From the NCBI GenBank assembly GCA_045578145.1, contig JAZNJT010000113.1, forward strand, positions 1 through 46,689: a DNA stretch of 46,689 nucleotides, given 5' to 3'. Below the pieces are notes generated by a model. It saw only the letters and a program-made list of their open reading frames with translations. It did not search any database and was not told the DNA's origin. The position numbers and the translations under genes were made by a program. This document shows positions 16,085-24,652 of the stretch, in pieces (positions within the stretch are counted from its first letter, which is position 1; each line of letters starts with the position of its first letter). Origin of the DNA: Acutalibacteraceae bacterium. Its GTDB lineage: Bacteria; Bacillota; Clostridia; Oscillospirales; Acutalibacteraceae.

Positions 16085-16930
16085 ATGCACACAATACAGA
16101 ATAAAAAATTGTTAATGTTAAGACCTAAAGAAATAAGGCTTCCGCTTCACAGAGTAAGAAAGGCAGAGGACGAATATGCCCTTATTTCTCTGGCAGAAAG
16201 CATAAAGAAAAGCGGAATAATAGAGCCGTTGGCGGTGAGAAAAAATGAAAAAGGAAAATATGTTATTATAACAGGTGAAAGAAGATTAAAGGCAGCAATA
16301 ATGGCTAATTTGAGACGCATACCCTGTGTGTTGCACGACATTGATATGCCTACTGCCTTAGTTTACAGTATAATTGAAAATTTGCAGCGCACAAATGTAT
16401 CTTTTTTTGAGGAAGCAGAATCCATAAAAGCGGTTATGAGTAAATACCGTATACCTCAGTATGAAATGGCTGCAAGGCTTGGCATTTCCCAGAATGTACT
16501 GCTTGAAAGGTTAAGGCTTTTGCGTCTTAACGAGGGATTGAGAGGTCGTATTACCGAGGCATCGCTTTCTGAATCCCATGCTCGTGTTTTACTAAGACTT
16601 CCGCCTGAAAAAAGAGAAGATGTGTTAGAGAAAATAATAGCGGATAGTATGACTCCAATGCAGACAGAAATATTTGTAAACGAGCTTTTAAATCCGAAAC
16701 CCATAACACAAGAAAAACCGAAATCGCAGTCGATTAGCTATAAGAAATCGGCAATAGGAGATATTAGACTTTTTTCAAACAGCCTTTCTAAACTTATTGA
16801 AACTTTGAAAAATTCAGGTATAGATGCATATACAAGACGCACCGAAAACGACCGATATATTGAATACAAGGTGCGAATAAGAAAAGAAGAACCACCGAAA
16901 GATTTGGCGGAGCAACTGCGAATATGTTAA
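16085..16930 (+). CDS. ParB/Noc/Spo0J-family DNA-binding protein; no adjacent ParA
   Basis: The ParB N-terminal box reads IIEPLAVRKNEKGKYVIITGERRLKAA. The HTH reads IPQYEMAARLGISQNVLLERLRL. It sits immediately after rsmG, where noc lies in Bacillus. Confidence 0.75.
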   Translation: MHTIQNKKLLMLRPKEIRLPLHRVRKAEDEYALISLAESIKKSGIIEPLAVRKNEKGKYVIITGERRLKAAIMANLRRIPCVLHDIDMPTALVYSIIENLQRTNVSFFEEAESIKAVMSKYRIPQYEMAARLGISQNVLLERLRLLRLNEGLRGRITEASLSESHARVLLRLPPEKREDVLEKIIADSMTPMQTEIFVNELLNPKPITQEKPKSQSISYKKSAIGDIRLFSNSLSKLIETLKNSGIDAYTRRTENDRYIEYKVRIRKEEPPKDLAEQLRIC

Positions 16931-16957
16931 AAAAGCCACACGAATTTTCGTGTGGCT
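16929..16957 (-). terminator. Intrinsic terminator of the small minus-strand gene; possibly also used by the ParB-like gene
   Basis: The minus strand reads AGCCACACG-aaaatt-CGTGTGGCT followed by TTTTT. On the plus strand no U-run follows the stem. Confidence 0.75.
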
Positions 16958-16971
16958 CCAATTATTAATGC

Positions 16972-17127
16972 CTATTCTTCTGTTTCTGTGAAATCGTCTG
17001 ATTCACAGTCAAGGTAGTTCCCCTCAATACGATTTTTATTTGAAATCTTATCGAAAATGGCTAAAGCGCCGATTATGGTTGCGAAAAGTGTACCTATACC
17101 TAACAAAAACTTAAAAAAACCTTTCAT
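16972..17127 (-). CDS. Unannotated small membrane protein, 51 aa
   Basis: This ORF is below the ORF-track size cut-off. My translation is MKGFFKFLLGIGTLFATIIGALAIFDKISNKNRIEGNYLDCESDDFTETEE. It has one TM helix and an acidic tail. An AAAGGAGA SD lies 8 nt upstream. It has its own promoter and terminator. Confidence 0.6.
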   Translation of the reverse strand: MKGFFKFLLGIGTLFATIIGALAIFDKISNKNRIEGNYLDCESDDFTETEE

Positions 17128-17159
17128 ATTTAAGTCTCCTTTCAAAAATCTCTAATAAT

Positions 17160-17188
17160 ATTATACTGTTATATTTTTAAAAAGTCAA
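17160..17188 (-). promoter_or_regulatory. Near-consensus sigma-A promoter (TTGACT, 17 nt spacer, TATAAT) for the 51-codon gene
   Basis: On the minus strand, TTGACT is the complement of 17183-17188 and TATAAT is the complement of 17160-17165. The -35 hexamer abuts the cls stop codon. Confidence 0.55.
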
Positions 17189-18721
17189 TCACATAAATGG
17201 CGCGAAAATATGCAAAAGTGCCTGTTTTAAACGCAGCCATACAGGTCTTTTTTTCCATTCTTCAAGGGTTATTTGGTGCGATTTGTCCTGAAGATTTAAA
17301 AAATGCTCCTTTATATCGGTTACTGTACTGCTGTCACAAATCCATGCTCCGCATTCAAAGTGGAAAACAAAGCTTCGATAATCCATATTAACCGAACCTA
17401 CGGTTGCCACCTTATCGTCAGATATAAATAGCTTTGAATGTACAAAGCCCGGGGTGAATTCATAAATTTTGACACCTGCCTCTAAAAGTTCTAAATAATT
17501 ATACTGCGATGCGGGGTGTACATACCACTTATCAGGAATATGCGGAGTGATAATTCTCACATCAATACCCGATTTTGCCGCCATTTGAAGCAGACTTTTC
17601 ATAGTGTTATCGATTATAAGATAGGGCGTTGTAATATAAACAAATTTCTGTGCGGTATTAAGAATCTGCATATAAATTCCCTCAGCGGGATTTTTATCGT
17701 TAAGCGGACTGTCGCTGTAGGGTATCACAAACCCATCGTCTTTATAAGGACAATCGGCGAAATATTCTTTAATTCTTAAATGCTTGCCCGTAATAAAATC
17801 CCACATACAGCAGAACATAGCAACAAAGCTTCTAACCGCATTTCCTTTTATAATTACAGCGCTGTCTGCCCAATAGCCGAAGCGTTCAAATTCGTTTATA
17901 TATTCGTCGCCTATATTTATTCCGCCTGTAATTGCCACCTTACCGTCTATAACTATTATTTTACGGTGGTTTCGGTTGTTCATAAATATATTCATTATCG
18001 GGTTAATGGGATTGAAAATACAAACCGAAATGCCCTCGGCCTTGAGTTTTGAAACAAAGCCCTTGCGCTGTCTTTTTATTGAGCCAAAATCATCGAAGAT
18101 GATTTTAACTTCAACGCCCTCTTTGACCTTTCTTTTGAGGATTTGGTGTATTTCTTCCCACATTCTGCCTTCAGCCAGAATAAAAAATTCAATAAAAATA
18201 TATTTTTCTGACTTTTCGAGTTCTTCTAAAAGATGTGGTAAAAGTTTTTCGCCTGAAGAAAAATATTTGGTCAGGGTTTTGTCATAAAGAGGGTATTCAC
18301 TTTCACCTGTCAGGTAATCTGCTTGACGAGAATGAGCCATATCGTAATAGATAAGTCGGTCGCGGACTTCACTATCGTCCTTTAAATATCTTAGATACCT
18401 TGCCTCGCAAAGCCGCATTTTTTTCTTTATATGAGGGGCGACTCTTCCGCCACCCCAAAGTAAGAATACGCTTATACCAAAAATCGGAAAGATCAGAATA
18501 AAAACAATCCAAGCAATTTTGTGGTCTGGATTTCCGCGTCGGTTCATTATTATAACAACCGTTATTACACCTAAAATAAGCGAAAGAGAATAAGCCCATG
18601 CGGATTGCAGAGTAAAATCGTATACTACTTCAAACATAAACAAAAGCTGTAATAATAACAGCAAAGCGGATAAAATAATTCTGGTTGGAATTCTGAGTCC
18701 GCGGTTGTTTGCGATCTTCAT
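17189..18721 (-). CDS. cls: Cardiolipin synthase (PLD superfamily)
   Basis: Two N-terminal TM helices are present. The two HKD motifs are HRKIIVIDGKVAITGGINIGDEY and HSKLFISDDKVATVGSVNMDYRS. Confidence 0.9.
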   Translation of the reverse strand: MKIANNRGLRIPTRIILSALLLLLQLLFMFEVVYDFTLQSAWAYSLSLILGVITVVIIMNRRGNPDHKIAWIVFILIFPIFGISVFLLWGGGRVAPHIKKKMRLCEARYLRYLKDDSEVRDRLIYYDMAHSRQADYLTGESEYPLYDKTLTKYFSSGEKLLPHLLEELEKSEKYIFIEFFILAEGRMWEEIHQILKRKVKEGVEVKIIFDDFGSIKRQRKGFVSKLKAEGISVCIFNPINPIMNIFMNNRNHRKIIVIDGKVAITGGINIGDEYINEFERFGYWADSAVIIKGNAVRSFVAMFCCMWDFITGKHLRIKEYFADCPYKDDGFVIPYSDSPLNDKNPAEGIYMQILNTAQKFVYITTPYLIIDNTMKSLLQMAAKSGIDVRIITPHIPDKWYVHPASQYNYLELLEAGVKIYEFTPGFVHSKLFISDDKVATVGSVNMDYRSFVFHFECGAWICDSSTVTDIKEHFLNLQDKSHQITLEEWKKRPVWLRLKQALLHIFAPFM

Positions 18722-18795
18722 ATTGCTTCCCCTTTCTCACGTTTAAACCATTTTAACACAAAATTCCATAATTTTCAATTTTATTGTATAAACAG

Positions 18796-18825
18796 TTGTA
18801 AATTTAGTGTGAATTATGCTATACT
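18796..18825 (+). promoter_or_regulatory. Candidate promoter of the M16 peptidase pair (TTGTAA, 18 nt spacer, TGc-TATACT)
   Basis: TTGTAA lies at 18796-18801 and TATACT at 18820-18825, with an upstream TG. Confidence 0.4.
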
Positions 18826-18863
18826 GTATGAGTATTATTATATTTATAAACTGGAGATGTATT

Positions 18864-20141
18864 ATGTCTATTAAAACAGTCGATTTAGGCAGCGGTGTAA
18901 AGGGAGTTTTTATTAAAAACGACCGTTTTAAAACAACCCTTGTTTCCTTTAATTTCTATTTGCCACTCAAAAAAGAAACCGTAGCGCCTTATGGGTTGCT
19001 ACCGTTTATCCTTACGAGCTGCAGTAAAAAATATCCTGATTTTTCAAGACTGAATTATAAACTTTGTAAGCTTTACGGAGCAAGGCTTGATGCAAGCACC
19101 GAAAAATACGGCGATTATCAGCTTCTTAAGATGACTGTTTCACTTATAAATGACCGCTATTCTTTAGATGACGAGTCATTGGTTAAGCGCGCATGCGAGC
19201 TGTTGTTGGGACTTATATTTGAGCCTAACACCGATAACGGAGCTTTTTTAGAAGCAGACCTTGAGAGAGAAAAACGCAAGGCTATTGAACATATAAAGGG
19301 TGAAATAGCAGAAAAACGTGTGTATGCCAAAAACCGACTGATAAGCGAAATGTATAAGGATGAGCCTTACGGGCTTTCAAAATGCGGAACTATTGAGCAG
19401 GTTGAGGAGATTACAGGCGAAAAACTATATAAAGCGTGGGAAAAAGTCTTAAGTTCAGCATATATTACTGTTCAGGTTGTAGGCTCGGCTATACCGCAAG
19501 GCTTATTTGACGATATTGCCCAAAGATTTTCTTCGCTTTCGCGCAATGATATAACCGATTGCAAGGGAACAACGCCTACTGCTGAGTGTAAAGAGATTAA
19601 CACAGTTACTGAAAAAATGGCGGTAAACCAAGGCAAGCTTGTAATGGGCTTTAGCTGTGAGGCGCAAGGTAACGATGATAAAACTTTGCCGCTTATGGTG
19701 ATGACTGATATTTTCGGCGGAGGTCCTTATTCAAGACTATTCAGCAATGTAAGAGAAAAGATGAGTCTTTGCTATTACTGCTCTGCCTCAAGTTCAAGAA
19801 TTAAGGGTATGATGACGGTGTCTTCAGGCGTAGAGGCAGAGAATGCTGATAAAGCGCAAAAGGAAATACTAAATCAGCTCGAAATAGTAAAGCGCGGTGA
19901 ATTTACCGACAGTGAGTTTGAATCTTCAATTAAAAGCATTTGTGATTCCTTTAAAACATATAGCGATTCATTAAACTCGCTTGATTTATGGTATGCCTTA
20001 AAGGTCCATAATGAGAATATCTATTCGCCGGAAGAAATGGCGGAAAAGGTGGCTGCTGTTACACGTGAGGATGTAATAACCGCCGCTAAGGGAGTAAAGC
20101 TCCACACAGTTTATAAGTTGTTGCCTAAGGAGAACGGTTAA
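18864..20141 (+). CDS. M16 (pitrilysin/insulinase) family protein, non-catalytic subunit type (no HxxEH)
   Basis: The protein has M16-like length and C-terminal domain. No HxxEH motif appears in the N-terminal region. The start is set at ATG 18864 (GGAG SD). It resembles the YmfF-type partner in the Bacillus ymfF/ymfH pair. Confidence 0.7.
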   Translation: MSIKTVDLGSGVKGVFIKNDRFKTTLVSFNFYLPLKKETVAPYGLLPFILTSCSKKYPDFSRLNYKLCKLYGARLDASTEKYGDYQLLKMTVSLINDRYSLDDESLVKRACELLLGLIFEPNTDNGAFLEADLEREKRKAIEHIKGEIAEKRVYAKNRLISEMYKDEPYGLSKCGTIEQVEEITGEKLYKAWEKVLSSAYITVQVVGSAIPQGLFDDIAQRFSSLSRNDITDCKGTTPTAECKEINTVTEKMAVNQGKLVMGFSCEAQGNDDKTLPLMVMTDIFGGGPYSRLFSNVREKMSLCYYCSASSSRIKGMMTVSSGVEAENADKAQKEILNQLEIVKRGEFTDSEFESSIKSICDSFKTYSDSLNSLDLWYALKVHNENIYSPEEMAEKVAAVTREDVITAAKGVKLHTVYKLLPKENG

Positions 20142-21412
20142 TGAAAAGAGAAGTGTTTGAAAGCGATATAGGGGAAAGCTATATAAAAGCAACGCTTACC
20201 TCAGGTCTTAGAATTTATGTTTTGGAAAAACCACAGTATAATTCATCTTATGCCATTTTTGGAACAAAATACGGCTCTATTGATACAATTTTCAGTGTTA
20301 ATGGTGAGCAAACAGCAGTTCCTGAGGGTATTGCTCACTTTTTAGAGCATAAACTTTTTGAAAGTGAAGATGGGGACGCCTTTACAAAATATGCAAAAAC
20401 AGGTGCTTACGCTAATGCTTTCACCTCATTTGACCGCACCTGTTATCTTTTTTCTTGCTCAAATAAGTTTTATGAAAATCTGCAAATACTTTTAGACTTT
20501 GTGCAGTCACCCTATTTTACCGAGGCTACAGTTAATAAAGAGCAAGGAATTATAGGTCAGGAAATCAGAATGTATGATGACAGTCCTGCTTGGCGCGTTA
20601 TGTTTAATATGTTGCTTGCAATGTATCATAATCACCCTGTGAGAATAGATATTGCGGGCACAGTAGAGTCAATAGCAAAAATAAACAGTGATTTACTCTA
20701 TAAATGCTATAATACTTTTTATAATCCCTCAAATATGTTCATTTGTATTGCAGGTAATGTTGACACGGAAAAAGTTTTAAAGCAGATTAAGGAAAGTATA
20801 AAGCCGAGCGAGCCGATAGAGCTTACCCGTATTAATGAGCCAGAACCTGAAACGGTTGTGAAAAATTATGTTGAGCAGAAATTGGCAGTGGCACAGCCTA
20901 TGTTCTGCCTTGGATTTAAGGAAACTATGAGCAAGCCTGAACGTTCTGTTAAACAAAAGGTCTGCACTGCAATTTTACTTGATATTCTTGCGGGCGAAGC
21001 CTCACCGCTTTATAAAAAACTTATAAACGATGGGCTTATAAATGATGAATTCTCGACTGAATATTTTATAGGCTATGGATATTCTGCTGTGATTTTTGAG
21101 GGCGAATCCTCGAATCCACAAGCAGTAGCAGAAGAAATCAAAAAGGAAATTGCCCGAATTAAAACAGAAGGAATTGATAAAAAGCTGTTTTCTGCAGTGA
21201 GGTCGGGCATGTACGGAAATTCGATAAGAGTTTTCGACAGTGTAGAGGGCATAGCAATGCATATGACCGAGGCGGCTATAACAGATAGCGGATTGTTTGA
21301 TGAAATTAAATATTTAAAATCAGTAACTAGCGAAGACGTTTATAAAAGACTTTTAAAGCTTGAAAACGAAAAATCAGTGCTTTCAGTGATTTTGCCGTCG
21401 GAGGAAATTTAA
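20141..21412 (+). CDS. M16 family zinc metallopeptidase, catalytic subunit type
   Basis: The inverted zinc motif HFLEH is present in GIAHFLEHKLFE. Its ATG shares one base with the upstream stop codon (TAATG). An AAGGAGA SD precedes it. Confidence 0.8.
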   Translation: MKREVFESDIGESYIKATLTSGLRIYVLEKPQYNSSYAIFGTKYGSIDTIFSVNGEQTAVPEGIAHFLEHKLFESEDGDAFTKYAKTGAYANAFTSFDRTCYLFSCSNKFYENLQILLDFVQSPYFTEATVNKEQGIIGQEIRMYDDSPAWRVMFNMLLAMYHNHPVRIDIAGTVESIAKINSDLLYKCYNTFYNPSNMFICIAGNVDTEKVLKQIKESIKPSEPIELTRINEPEPETVVKNYVEQKLAVAQPMFCLGFKETMSKPERSVKQKVCTAILLDILAGEASPLYKKLINDGLINDEFSTEYFIGYGYSAVIFEGESSNPQAVAEEIKKEIARIKTEGIDKKLFSAVRSGMYGNSIRVFDSVEGIAMHMTEAAITDSGLFDEIKYLKSVTSEDVYKRLLKLENEKSVLSVILPSEEI

Positions 21413-22294
21413 ATGAACGGTATAGATGTTGTAATTTTCGGAATTAAATTAACCGTAAAGCCCATTGCATTTACCATAAATATCGGTAGTTTTAATTGGG
21501 ATATTTATTGGTATGGTATACTTATAGCATTTGGCTTTTTGTTGGCGGTAATTTATGCCCTTAAAAATGCTAAAAGATTTTGTCTTAATGTTGATAGAAT
21601 GCTCGATGTAGTGCTTGTGACCGTACCTGTCGCAATTTTTTGCGCGAGGCTTTACTATGTTTTGTTTGACGGAGTGAAGCTTGAGAGTATAGGAGAATTT
21701 TTCGGTTTTGGTGACAGGTCGGGGCTTTCGGGAATTGCAATTTACGGCGGAGTAATAGGTGCGTTTCTTACAGGCGCTATAATGTGTAAACTCAGAAAGG
21801 TTAAAATTTTCGATATGTTTGATATTGCCGCCATAGGCTTTCTTATCGGTCAGGGTGTCGGCAGATGGGGTAACTTTGTAAACCAAGAGGCATACGGCGA
21901 TTTCACAAACAGTTCTTGGTGGGGTATGCAAAGTGACCGCACAATAAGAGAAATGGGTGAAGGCTTGGTGCACCCTTGTTTTCTATATGAGTCAATTTGG
22001 TGTATCATAGGTTTTTTCCTGCTTAACCATTTCAGTAAAAAACGAAAATTCAGCGGACAGATAGCTCTTATGTATGCCGCGTGGTACGGCTTTGGCAGAG
22101 CAATTATAGAGGTTTTAAGAACAGATAGCCTGATGATAGGGCCTATTAAGGTTTCGGTGCTCGTATCACTTATTGCTTGCATAGGCGCAACAGTGTTGCT
22201 TGTATATATAAGCCGAAGACAAAAGCAAAATAATGAGGAATACATAAATATATTTGAAGAAACAGAGGAAGAAGAAAATGCCGAGAATAATTGA
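21413..22294 (+). CDS. lgt: Phosphatidylglycerol--prolipoprotein diacylglyceryl transferase
   Basis: The Lgt signature GRWGNFVNQEAYG is present, and the protein is polytopic. It carries an acidic C-terminal tail EETEEEENAENN. Confidence 0.9.
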   Translation: MNGIDVVIFGIKLTVKPIAFTINIGSFNWDIYWYGILIAFGFLLAVIYALKNAKRFCLNVDRMLDVVLVTVPVAIFCARLYYVLFDGVKLESIGEFFGFGDRSGLSGIAIYGGVIGAFLTGAIMCKLRKVKIFDMFDIAAIGFLIGQGVGRWGNFVNQEAYGDFTNSSWWGMQSDRTIREMGEGLVHPCFLYESIWCIIGFFLLNHFSKKRKFSGQIALMYAAWYGFGRAIIEVLRTDSLMIGPIKVSVLVSLIACIGATVLLVYISRRQKQNNEEYINIFEETEEEENAENN

Positions 22295-23132
22295 CGGAAA
22301 AGTTATCTCTGCTGCAGTAAAGCAAAGAGTGGCAGAGGGCGTAAAGGAATTAAACCAAAAGGGTATAACTGTAGGACTTGCGGTTATAATAGTAGGTGAT
22401 GACCCCGCGTCTAAGGTATATGTTGCTAATAAGAAAAAGGCGTGTGAGGCACTAGGGATTATTTCAGAGGAATATGCACTGCCGGAAAGCACAACTGAGG
22501 AGGAGCTTTTAAGCTTAATTAATGAACTTAATGCTAAAAAGTGTATTAACGGCATTTTATGCCAGTTGCCTTTACCAAAGCATTTAGATGAAAAAATAAT
22601 TATCAACTCAATTTTACCCGAAAAGGATGTAGATGCTTTTCACCCCTCAAATGTGGGCAAAATTATGATTGGTGACTATGATTTTGTTCCATGCACACCT
22701 GCTGGTGTTATGGAAATGTTAAAATACGAAAATATTGAGGTAGAGGGTAAAACCTGTGTTGTAATCGGTAGGTCTAACATAGTTGGTAAGCCTATGGGCA
22801 TGCTGCTGCTTCATGAAAACGGCACGGTGACTATCTGCCATTCAAGAACAAAAAATTTAAAGGAAATTTGTCTTGCGGCAGATATTTTGGTGGCCGCAGT
22901 GGGTAGAGCAAACTTTGTTAAGGCAGATATGGTTAAAGAGGGCGCGGTTGTAATTGACGTAGGTATGAACCGCGAAAAAGATAAACTTTGCGGTGACGTT
23001 GATTATGAAAATGTAAAAGAAAAGGCTTCAGCTATAACCCCAGTGCCAGGCGGTGTAGGACCTATGACTATTGCAATGCTTATGCAAAACACACTTACTG
23101 CTGCAAAAAAACAAAATAACTGTAAGGAATGA
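22278..23132 (+). CDS. folD: Bifunctional methylenetetrahydrofolate dehydrogenase / methenyl-THF cyclohydrolase
   Basis: Motifs present are MPRIIDGKVISAAVKQ, YVANKKKACEALGI and PGGVGPMTIAML. The start is set at ATG 22278 (GAGGAAGAAG SD) and overlaps the lgt end by 17 nt. Confidence 0.9.
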   Translation: MPRIIDGKVISAAVKQRVAEGVKELNQKGITVGLAVIIVGDDPASKVYVANKKKACEALGIISEEYALPESTTEEELLSLINELNAKKCINGILCQLPLPKHLDEKIIINSILPEKDVDAFHPSNVGKIMIGDYDFVPCTPAGVMEMLKYENIEVEGKTCVVIGRSNIVGKPMGMLLLHENGTVTICHSRTKNLKEICLAADILVAAVGRANFVKADMVKEGAVVIDVGMNREKDKLCGDVDYENVKEKASAITPVPGGVGPMTIAMLMQNTLTAAKKQNNCKE

Positions 23133-23815
23133 AAAGTATGTTAAAAAAAATCGTTGCCGTTTTAATAGTTATTATCAATATTATGTCTCTTACTGTTAAT
23201 GCGGCATCGGTGCCGATTAAATCTAAAGATAGCTTTTTGGTTTACGGGGAGAACAATGCTAAAATTTCTGAAATAATAGGTATAAATCAAAACGAGCTTG
23301 ATACCTACTTAAAGGATAATAATATAACTTTTTTTGCAGTAGACAGTGATAATAAAAGACAAGTAAAGCTGATAGAATACACTTCTGATTTTTCAAACAG
23401 CATTGTGGATATAAGCATGATGACAGTGGATAATATAGAATCGCTTATACCCGAAATAGTGGGAGCAGAAGATGCAATAGGCGAGGTTTTAGAGCAAGGC
23501 GGTCAAAAGTTTATTAAAACAAAGGCTTTGAGTGAGGATGGTGGCGGCAAATATGTTTTAACAAGCTATTTTACTGTTGCAAACCGCAAAAATTATATCC
23601 TTGTTTTCCTTAATCACAAGAATGAGGATACAGATTATATAGAGGATATTTTTAAAAGCTATGCAAATGGTGAGGATTTCGGTCAGTTTTCGGATTCAAA
23701 AACAAATAAAAGTATAAATGTTGTTTTAATAGGAATAATTGCATTTGCGGTAATTTTTGCAGTAATAGGTGTTACGGTTATAAAGGATATCAGAAAAAAT
23801 AAAGAAACCGAGTAG
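23129..23815 (+). CDS. Hypothetical exported, C-terminally membrane-anchored protein
   Basis: The signal peptide is MLKKIVAVLIVIINIMSLTVNA/AS. The C-terminal TM is VVLIGIIAFAVIFAVIGVTVI, followed by a basic tail. I see no recognisable motif. Its ATG overlaps the folD stop codon (ATGA). An alternative start is ATG 23138. Confidence 0.6.
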   Translation: MKSMLKKIVAVLIVIINIMSLTVNAASVPIKSKDSFLVYGENNAKISEIIGINQNELDTYLKDNNITFFAVDSDNKRQVKLIEYTSDFSNSIVDISMMTVDNIESLIPEIVGAEDAIGEVLEQGGQKFIKTKALSEDGGGKYVLTSYFTVANRKNYILVFLNHKNEDTDYIEDIFKSYANGEDFGQFSDSKTNKSINVVLIGIIAFAVIFAVIGVTVIKDIRKNKETE

Positions 23816-23834
23816 CTTTAAGCTACTCGGTTTT
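23805..23834. terminator. Bidirectional intrinsic terminator
   Basis: AAACCGAGTAGCT-tta-AGCTACTCGGTTT followed by T. It lies between convergent genes. Confidence 0.8.
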
Positions 23835-23846
23835 AGTTTTATAAAA

Positions 23847-24578
23847 TTATTCTTCGGGCATTTCCCAGTTGTGCCAAACAGCTTGAACATCGTCGTTATC
23901 TTCAAGCATATCAATAAGCTTTTCCATTTTAGTTGCAGCTTCTTCGTCATCAATCGCAGTCATAGTCTGAGGAATGTAAGCAACCTCAGCCGAAAGGAAA
24001 CTGTAGCCTGCGCTTTCAAGCGCATCGCGAACAGCGCCTAAATCGTTAGGCTCGGTAGTGATTTCAAAAACATCGCCGTCAAAATTAAAGTCATCTGCCC
24101 CTGCTTCTAAAGCGGCTTCCATAACAGTATCCTCGTCTAACCCTTCGGCTTCAATGTTAATTACGCCCTTACGGTCAAACATAAACATAACCGAACCTGA
24201 CTGACCGAGATTGCCGCCGCATTTATCGAAATAGTGGCGCATTTCACCCGCTGTTCTGTTGCGGTTATCCGAAAGGGTTTCAACAACAACTGCAACACCA
24301 CAAGGACCATATCCCTCATAAATTAGTTCTTCGTAGTTGTTAGCCTCGCCGTCACCTGCGGCTTTTTTGATAATTCTTTCAATATTATCGTTGGGTACGT
24401 TTGCCGCCTTTGCTTTTGCAATAGCATCTTTAAGTTTGCTGTTTTCATTGGGATTTGCACCGCCTGTTTTAACAATAACAGCGATTTCTCTACCTATTTT
24501 AGTGAAAATCTTTGCCTTTGCGGCATCGGTTTTCTCTTTTTTTCTTTTAATGTTGTTCCATTTGGAATGTCCTGACAT
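23847..24578 (-). CDS. yebC: YebC/PmpR-family DNA-binding regulatory protein
   Basis: The N-terminus MSGHSKWNNIKRKKEKTDAAKAKIFTKIGREI is diagnostic of this family. Confidence 0.9.
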   Translation of the reverse strand: MSGHSKWNNIKRKKEKTDAAKAKIFTKIGREIAVIVKTGGANPNENSKLKDAIAKAKAANVPNDNIERIIKKAAGDGEANNYEELIYEGYGPCGVAVVVETLSDNRNRTAGEMRHYFDKCGGNLGQSGSVMFMFDRKGVINIEAEGLDEDTVMEAALEAGADDFNFDGDVFEITTEPNDLGAVRDALESAGYSFLSAEVAYIPQTMTAIDDEEAATKMEKLIDMLEDNDDVQAVWHNWEMPEE

Positions 24579-24652
24579 AATTCTTTATTCCTTTCAACCG
24601 ATAAATTACATATAATTTGGAATTATTTAGTTTTCAACGAAGATTAATTTTA

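Noticed and set aside
20057-20072. A parS-like sequence TGTTACACGTGAGGAT inside the first M16 gene.
   Set aside because: Only the left half and the central CACGTG match the 16-bp parS palindrome, about 12 of 16 positions, and it lies in coding sequence. This is insufficient to call a centromere site.
22254-22294. The overlap between lgt and folD as a possible programmed frameshift or gene fusion.
   Set aside because: Both reading frames are complete with their own start and stop codons. The overlap shrinks to 17 nt with the SD-supported folD start, and the Lgt acidic tail is simply its C-terminus.
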